Shown here: positions 58,253 through 64,000 of the stretch, piece after piece
Position numbering within the stretch: position 1 is the stretch's first letter
Layout of the letters: each line of letters opens with the position of its first letter
NCBI GenBank assembly: GCA_002428325.1
Contig: DIVR01000021.1
Location: 34,486 to 98,485, forward strand
Direction of reading: 5' to 3'
Length of the DNA: 64,000 nt
Source: a bacterium UBP4_UBA6127
GTDB taxonomy: Bacteria > UBP4 > UBA4092
The notes under the pieces: generated by a model
The model's input: the letters and a program-made list of their open reading frames with translations, nothing else
The model's database searches: none
Told to the model about the DNA's origin: nothing
Position numbers and translations under genes: made by a program

Positions 58253-58405
58253 CTAACACATAAACTATTCAAAGAATCTTAGAACCATTTAACAGATACT
58301 TATTTATGGTTAAGCCTAAATATAGGGTAATGTCTGTGTCTTTACTTTTGGGCTTATCGGATAAAGACAGGTGTCAAAACAGAGATTTTGGTTATCGATA
58401 TAGTA

Positions 58406-58429
58406 TCTTTTTGACAGCTGTCAAAAAGA
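58406..58429. repeat. Palindromic motif TCTTTTTGACAGCTGTCAAAAAGA (copy 2 of 2, 24-bp perfect palindrome)
   Basis: Intergenic, between the aspS 3' end and the Rhs fragment. Same TGACAGCTGTCA core as copy 1. Confidence 0.6.
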
Positions 58430-58548
58430 CTTCTTATTGATTTTTATGGAGTTAGCAATATGGGATAGACACAGGGGAAAGGTTATAAATAAAAAACAGG
58501 GGAACCCTTGGTTAGAAGGTTTCCCCTGTTAGGAAATAACAGATAAAT

Positions 58549-60336
58549 CTATTCAACCACTTTTACATGGAGTTCTCTAAGCAGTCTTGCATCGGCTTCA
58601 CTGGGTGCAGAGGACATGGGGCATTGTGCCTTCTGGTTTTTTGGGAAGGCAATGACATCCCGGATACTCTTATTACCCGTCAGAAGCATAATAAACCTGT
58701 CCAACCCGATAGCCATCCCGCCATGGGGAGGTGCCCCAAACCGGAGAGCTTCCAGGAAGAATCCAAATTTATTGGCCGCTTCTTCTTTGGAGATGCCAAA
58801 TATCTGGAACATCTTGGATTGCAATTCCGCGTCATGGATACGGATGGAACCACCGCCCAATTCTGTCCCATTCAGGACCAGGTCATAGGCATGCGCCCTG
58901 GCCCGGGTGGGGTCTGTATCCAGAAGAGTCACATCCTCATCCAAAGGAGAGGTGAAAGGATGATGCCGGGCTTTAAACATCTTGTCTTCTTCCCTGTATT
59001 CCAAAAGCGGCATATCCGTGATCCAGAGGTAATTATAGACTCCAGGAGTCCGAAGTTTCAATTCATCGCCAAAATGGAGCCGTAATCTGCCAAGGACATC
59101 GGCTGCAATATCTTCCTTATCGGCAATATAGACAATCAAATCCCCCGGGTTAGCATTAAAAGCGGTTACCAGGGTTTTGATTTCTTCTTCTTTAAAGAAT
59201 TTAGCGATGGGGGTCTCTATACCTGTTTCGGTTACTTTCATCCAGGCCATTCCCTTGGCACCCATCTGCTTGGCATAATCAGTCAGCTTGTCCAACTGGT
59301 TCCGAGTATAGGTGGCACAACCGGAAGCACAGATACCTCTGACGACCCCTTTTGATTGGACTGTTTTGGCAAATACACCAAATTCCACATCTGCCACCAG
59401 TTGGCTGACATCCAGGATTTCCATACCAAACCGGGTATCCGGTTTATCAGAACCATATTTCAACATCGCTTCGGCATAAGGCATCCTGGGAAAAGGCTGG
59501 GGAATATCCATATTATGGATTTCCTTCATCACCCGGCAGACAGCCGGCTCCACCAAGGTAAAGATATCTTCCTGGTCAATGAAAGACAACTCAAAATCCA
59601 ATTGGGTAAATTCCGGCTGCCGGTCAGCCCGAAGGTCTTCATCCCGGAAACAACGGGCTACCTGGAAATATTTCTCCACCCCGGAGATCATCAGGGTTTG
59701 TTTGAGTTGTTGCGGAGATTGCGGCAAAGCATAAAACATCCCCTGATTGACCCGGCTGGGAACCACATATTCCCTGGCTCCGGTTTCAGGGGTACTCTTA
59801 TAGAGTACCGGGGTCTCGATTTCCAGGAATCCTTGCTCATCGAAATAATCCCTCAGGACTTTGATGACTTTATGCCGTAAGGCAAGATTTTTATACATCT
59901 CGGGCCGCCGAAGGTCTAAATACCGATATTTCATCCTTAAATCTTCAGAAGTATCGATATTATCTTCAATCAGAAAAGGAGGGGTCTCTGATTTATTCAA
60001 AATCTGGAGGCCTTCGCCCAACACTTCAATTTCTCCGGTAGCCAGATTGGAATTGATGGTACCTTCAGGCCGTTCCCGGACCAAACCCTTCACCGAAACC
60101 ACAAACTCTGACCGAAGTTTCTGAGCCTGTTTCTGGATTTCAGTATCCTGGGTCGGGTCAAATACAATCTGGACCAACCCCGTTCTGTCTCTCAGGTCCA
60201 CAAAGGTTAAACCACCGTGGTCACGAGTCCGCTGGATCCATCCGGTTAAATGGACTTCTTTTCCTACATGGGATTTTCTTAAATCGTTGCATGCATAGGT
60301 ACGCTTCCAAAACGCCATGAGATTAATCCTTTCCAA
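58549..60336 (-). CDS. aspS: Aspartate--tRNA ligase
   Basis: Class II aaRS motifs FRDEDLRADRQPEFTQLD, ...GGGSIR... and PPHGGMAIGLDR, with an N-terminal OB-fold anticodon-binding domain. The true start may be the MAFWKRTY Met, 6 codons in. Confidence 0.95.
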   Translation of the reverse strand: MERINLMAFWKRTYACNDLRKSHVGKEVHLTGWIQRTRDHGGLTFVDLRDRTGLVQIVFDPTQDTEIQKQAQKLRSEFVVSVKGLVRERPEGTINSNLATGEIEVLGEGLQILNKSETPPFLIEDNIDTSEDLRMKYRYLDLRRPEMYKNLALRHKVIKVLRDYFDEQGFLEIETPVLYKSTPETGAREYVVPSRVNQGMFYALPQSPQQLKQTLMISGVEKYFQVARCFRDEDLRADRQPEFTQLDFELSFIDQEDIFTLVEPAVCRVMKEIHNMDIPQPFPRMPYAEAMLKYGSDKPDTRFGMEILDVSQLVADVEFGVFAKTVQSKGVVRGICASGCATYTRNQLDKLTDYAKQMGAKGMAWMKVTETGIETPIAKFFKEEEIKTLVTAFNANPGDLIVYIADKEDIAADVLGRLRLHFGDELKLRTPGVYNYLWITDMPLLEYREEDKMFKARHHPFTSPLDEDVTLLDTDPTRARAHAYDLVLNGTELGGGSIRIHDAELQSKMFQIFGISKEEAANKFGFFLEALRFGAPPHGGMAIGLDRFIMLLTGNKSIRDVIAFPKNQKAQCPMSSAPSEADARLLRELHVKVVE

Positions 60337-60387
60337 TCTAAAGAGAAAACCGCTAATCAGCGGCCGTTATGACAAAACAAATTATCC

Positions 60388-61518
60388 TTAAGAGGTCAAA
60401 CCTCTGCTTTCCAGTTCTTGTTTAGCCTTTTCAAATCCATCGACTGCGGTCTGGCTGGCAACCCATCGGGTCAATCCTTCCATCCCGGTCTCAAAATCCA
60501 CAGAGATATTAAACCCTAATTTAGCTTTGATTTTAGAGATATCCGCATAACAATACCGGATATCGCCTTTCCGATATTTCCTGACAATTTCAGGTTCAAG
60601 CTGGCCTTTTTTACCCAGTTTATCGATCAAGACTTCAGCCACATATTTAATAGACAAAGAAATGCCGGACCCTACATTAAAGACTTCATAATCGGCTTCT
60701 TTCTTTTCCATGGACAGGATATTGGCTTTGACAATATCGGATACATGGATAAAATCCCGGCTCTGGAGCCCGTCTTCATAAACCACAGGCCCATGATTAT
60801 TCAGAATTCGGGAAGAGAAGATGGCCGCCACTCCGGTATAAGGATTGGAAAGGGATTGACGGTCTCCATAGACATTGAAATATCTCAATGCGGTCGTGGA
60901 TATTCCATAAGCATTTCCAAAGGCCAGGAACATTTCTTCATGGTCCCGTTTTCCAATGGCATAAATGGATGTGGGCATCAGGGGTTTGGTTTCATCGGTC
61001 GGCATCTTCTCCAGGGGAGACTGGCATTGGGGACAGAAAACTTCCCATTCCCCTCGGGCCAACTGGTCTTCCGGCCGAAGCCGGGGATATATTACTCCGC
61101 ATTTTACACAATGATATTTCCCTTCCCCATAAATAGACATGGAAGAGGCTACCACCAGTTTTTCCACTTTATTTTTCTCATTGGCCAGGATATCCAGCAG
61201 AGTCGCACCACCAACGGAATTTACATCAATATAATGGCGAATCTGGTACATTGACTGCCCTACCCCGACGGCAGCCGCTTCATGATAAACCACTTCAATA
61301 CCCTCCAAGGCTTTATGAAGGGTTTCCCGGTCCCGGACATCACCTTTTATAAATTCAACTTCGGGATTCAGATAATCAGGCTTCTTTGCTTCAGGCCCAT
61401 GGACCTGGGGATCCAGATTATCAAAAACTCGAACCTGATGGCCTTTGGCAATCAGTCCATCCACAATATGGGAGCCGATAAAACCTGCCCCGCCGGTTAC
61501 TAAAATATGTTTACCCAT
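60388..61518 (-). CDS. NAD-dependent epimerase/dehydratase (extended SDR, GalE-like) with a Cys4 zinc-ribbon insertion
   Basis: TGGAGFIGSHIVDGL Rossmann motif. Catalytic YAIGKRDHE (YxxxK). Inserted CVKCGVIYPRLRPEDQLARGEWEVFCPQCQ. Confidence 0.8.
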   Translation of the reverse strand: MGKHILVTGGAGFIGSHIVDGLIAKGHQVRVFDNLDPQVHGPEAKKPDYLNPEVEFIKGDVRDRETLHKALEGIEVVYHEAAAVGVGQSMYQIRHYIDVNSVGGATLLDILANEKNKVEKLVVASSMSIYGEGKYHCVKCGVIYPRLRPEDQLARGEWEVFCPQCQSPLEKMPTDETKPLMPTSIYAIGKRDHEEMFLAFGNAYGISTTALRYFNVYGDRQSLSNPYTGVAAIFSSRILNNHGPVVYEDGLQSRDFIHVSDIVKANILSMEKKEADYEVFNVGSGISLSIKYVAEVLIDKLGKKGQLEPEIVRKYRKGDIRYCYADISKIKAKLGFNISVDFETGMEGLTRWVASQTAVDGFEKAKQELESRGLTS

Positions 61519-61717
61519 TGAGCTACCTCTTCAGATGAATATAAATTAAATGAACCTGCGCCCCAAAATGAATCATTCTGAGCGGCAAAAGAGGAAAACA
61601 TCCTCTTGAGCCGGGAACGAAGGGATATAATCCAACCTGCTGATTTATGGAATCAGCAGGTTGGATTTTGTGAATACTATCGTATAGATTCTATCGTAGT
61701 GGGTTATCCAGAGGCAA

Positions 61718-63331
61718 CTAAAGCTCTGTCTTCTCCGGTTGAGAATCCTCTTTAATCCGAATAGCTCTTCGTTGCAGATAGGTGGTGCCAAAAACATCGG
61801 TGGTCTCCACTTCCACCATCCAGGTTCCCGGTACCAGTTTCAGCGGCAACAGGGCTTTCCATAAGTGAGTGGATTTCCGAGTCCGGAAGAGCGGTCCATG
61901 TTGAGAGGGTTTGGCGCTGTTGGTTTCATCAAATAAATACTGGTAAGAGGGGTCCACCCCTTCATATTGGGCCATGGGAATCCAGGGAGAATCTTTACCG
62001 ACTCTCATCCTGACTTTGGACTCATCAGAACCGGCAAACACATTCACCACCACTTCAGTGGTCATAATATCTTTCACCTCAATTTCACTGGGAGCAAAGA
62101 TATTCATCTGATAATCCGCCGGCCTTCGGGCTGCTTTATACTGGATTTTGAATTTGTTCCCTTCAAAATGGACCAGCGCATACCCATTGGGGGTCCCATC
62201 ATTCATCATACTGTGAGGGATACCCACTTCATCTTTCTGTCCGCCCCACCACATACCGCAGGCCGTACCATTAATAAAATGGAAATGGGGATTCGGGCCT
62301 TTCCAACCATCTTTTTCTCTTACGATCCGGAAATCCTGGGAATGGGTATGCCCGGAAATGGAAAAAGTATATGGCCGGTCAGCCAGCAGGTCATAGACTT
62401 CCTGTTTATTTTCCAGGTTCACCAGGGGGATATGCATCATCATGACAACCAGCCTATCCCTGGGTACCAGGGCCAGGTCATTTTTAATAAATTCCAATTC
62501 TTCCGGGACGACCAATCCCCGATAATGCTCCGTTGATTCCCCTGCCAAATAGACATCATCTAATACTATGAAATGCACTTTCCCATAATTATAGGAATAA
62601 TACGGAGGGCCAAAGAATTTCTGGTATGTTTCAGTGGAATACTTATCCCCGGCCACATCAAAATTCTCGTCATGATTGCCTAAAGTCGGATAAACCGGTT
62701 TTCCCATCAAGGCATAAGCCTGCCTCAAGGCTGGATAGACATCAAGCCGGTTGGCTCCGTTATCCCCCAGAGTGGCGACAAAAGAAGCATCTACGCCTGC
62801 TACTTCTTCCACAATATCATGAAGAAAATAATCGACATAAGGTCCGCTGCCGGTCTGAGGGTCTCCCAGAAAAACAGCCGTGAATTTATCATTTTCATAA
62901 GAAGCATAAAGAGGAAAATTGATTTTTGCAGGCAGGGGGCCGGTGGGAGATACTCCCGGATACTTCGTTTGGGGCGACCCTTCCGGCTTGTGAATATAAT
63001 AGAATTGGGGTTGATTGAGAGCATTCATCGGAGTCTTCCAGCCGGAAGGTTTAATGATAAAAATAATTGCGTTTTCTTCCACCGGGATTTGATATTTCCC
63101 CTGGGTATCTGTTTTTACCACTTCGATTCCGTTGGAGACACAGACATTGGCCAAACCCTTTTCCCTGGCATCCTGAATCCCATTTTGATTGGCATCATTA
63201 AAGACAACACCCTGAGCTGTCTGTATTGAAACAGATCCCCTATTTTCCTGGGCATATACCCCGCTGAGACTCAGCAGAATAACCAGGCAACCAAGACCTA
63301 TCATCCTTTTGTTTTTGAGGTTAATAACCAT
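61718..63331 (-). CDS. Secreted metallophosphoesterase (calcineurin-like phosphoesterase) with C-terminal accessory domain
   Basis: Signal peptide MVINLKNKRMIGLGCLVILLSLSGVYA. Motifs FLGDPQ, GDNG, LGNHDE and MHIPL characteristic of the metallophosphoesterase fold. 537 aa. Confidence 0.75.
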   Translation of the reverse strand: MVINLKNKRMIGLGCLVILLSLSGVYAQENRGSVSIQTAQGVVFNDANQNGIQDAREKGLANVCVSNGIEVVKTDTQGKYQIPVEENAIIFIIKPSGWKTPMNALNQPQFYYIHKPEGSPQTKYPGVSPTGPLPAKINFPLYASYENDKFTAVFLGDPQTGSGPYVDYFLHDIVEEVAGVDASFVATLGDNGANRLDVYPALRQAYALMGKPVYPTLGNHDENFDVAGDKYSTETYQKFFGPPYYSYNYGKVHFIVLDDVYLAGESTEHYRGLVVPEELEFIKNDLALVPRDRLVVMMMHIPLVNLENKQEVYDLLADRPYTFSISGHTHSQDFRIVREKDGWKGPNPHFHFINGTACGMWWGGQKDEVGIPHSMMNDGTPNGYALVHFEGNKFKIQYKAARRPADYQMNIFAPSEIEVKDIMTTEVVVNVFAGSDESKVRMRVGKDSPWIPMAQYEGVDPSYQYLFDETNSAKPSQHGPLFRTRKSTHLWKALLPLKLVPGTWMVEVETTDVFGTTYLQRRAIRIKEDSQPEKTEL

Positions 63332-63707
63332 TATTTATCCTCCCAGTAAATTATCCACATAATCATAACACCTTCATGATAATTTGGGGGAAACTAATGA
63401 AAAGGACAGGTCCTTTCATTAAGAAAAACACCTGTCGGGACAGGAATGGCCCCAGGCCAACCCCTCGAATTTCAGACAGTAGACAAAAACAGGTAGAGTT
63501 GATTTATAAAGGAGGGCATTCTTCAGGAACTGCAGGACTTAAGGAGTCCACCCAACAAAAGAATCCATAAAATCAGGGAGATGAAAGAAAAAGGGCTTTT
63601 TCTGGCTAATTGAAAAAGGGTTATCAGTCCAAGAACAACCACCACCAAGGCAGCCATTATGACAGATGTGATATCCATATTATTTTGAAACCTTCCTTTT
63701 AGGGAAG

Positions 63708-63998
63708 TTAGATTTCAAAATTCTTTTTAGCAGCAACCCTTTCTTTAGCCTGAAGGTACATAGCTTCCCACTGAGGGGAGCCGGGGGCATATTTATGGGT
63801 CAAGGGTTCCAGGATTCTTAAGGTTTCCTGTTCGATTTCGATTTCGGTCTGCTGGTCCTGGAAAATAATCCGGGATACGACCCGATATAAGGCTTTCCGA
63901 TGGACGGCGGTAGTTCGGAACATATCATTTTCATCCAGCTGGTCCACAATCTTTTGAGCTATATTCTCAATGCGTTCTTCTGTGAATCGTGATGCCAT
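63708..63998 (-). CDS. Small hypothetical protein (possibly DUF507-like)
   Basis: 96 aa, MASRFTEERIENIAQKIVDQL..., charged and helical. Family assignment is tentative. Confidence 0.3.
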   Translation of the reverse strand: MASRFTEERIENIAQKIVDQLDENDMFRTTAVHRKALYRVVSRIIFQDQQTEIEIEQETLRILEPLTHKYAPGSPQWEAMYLQAKERVAAKKNFEI

Positions 63999-64000
63999 AA

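Noticed and set aside
63523-63678. 51-aa hydrophobic minus-strand ORF (MDITSVIMAALVVVVLGLITLFQ...) between the metallophosphoesterase and the DUF507-like gene
   Set aside because: It is plausible as a tiny membrane protein, but it is below the ORF-track threshold and has no RBS or conservation evidence. Left unannotated.

Overview
This 64 kb window is densely coding, with about 55 genes on both strands, and looks like a contig from an uncultivated diderm bacterium. No rRNA, tRNA or CRISPR array is visible.

Coding content, in order along the window:
- A partial DUF2339-like membrane protein runs off the 5' edge.
- A galT-galK operon (galactose-1-phosphate uridylyltransferase and galactokinase) is followed by a split LysO-type exporter pair.
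- Three large secreted proteins (beta-propeller, beta-helix and Ig-like Big_2 domains) sit next to three tandem paralogous GspG-like prepilin/pseudopilin genes. Each pseudopilin gene has its own intrinsic terminator.
- Two tandem B12-binding radical SAM paralogs follow; a third copy lies at about 35.4 kb.
- A long minus-strand operon (about 16.7-29.5 kb) is predicted to build a glycan by the ABC-transporter-dependent route: the Wzm/Wzt permease and ATPase, a coiled-coil protein, a 1094-aa GT4-GT2-GT4 glycosyltransferase, a GT4 enzyme, a fused double methyltransferase, a single methyltransferase, an ArnT/PMT-like GT-C transferase and an exported DUF3108-like protein. It sits divergent from an LpxL-family lipid A acyltransferase.
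- A second envelope cluster (38.4-45.1 kb) carries a GT-C membrane glycosyltransferase, a clan GH-A (GH39-like) hydrolase, a Wzy_C (O-antigen ligase/polymerase-like) protein and further exported proteins.
- Housekeeping and other genes: a ferredoxin-nitroreductase fusion, ComB-like phosphatase, MMP-like metallopeptidase, SIMPL protein, HIBADH-type dehydrogenase, HIT protein, EamA and MATE transporters, hypF, a PAS-GGDEF diguanylate cyclase, hypC, hypD, queE, aspS, an SDR epimerase with a Cys4 insertion, and a secreted metallophosphoesterase.
- An AT-rich patch at 56.4-58.3 kb holds a 5'-truncated Rhs C-terminal toxin fragment followed by two paralogous immunity-like genes.

Non-coding observations:
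- A 24-26 bp TTTTTGACAGCTGTCAAAAA palindrome occurs in two intergenic regions.
- A conserved ~65-nt intergenic element with an internal inverted repeat occurs twice.
- Several clear rho-independent terminators are present.

All product calls come from motifs read in the six-frame translations. No database search was run.
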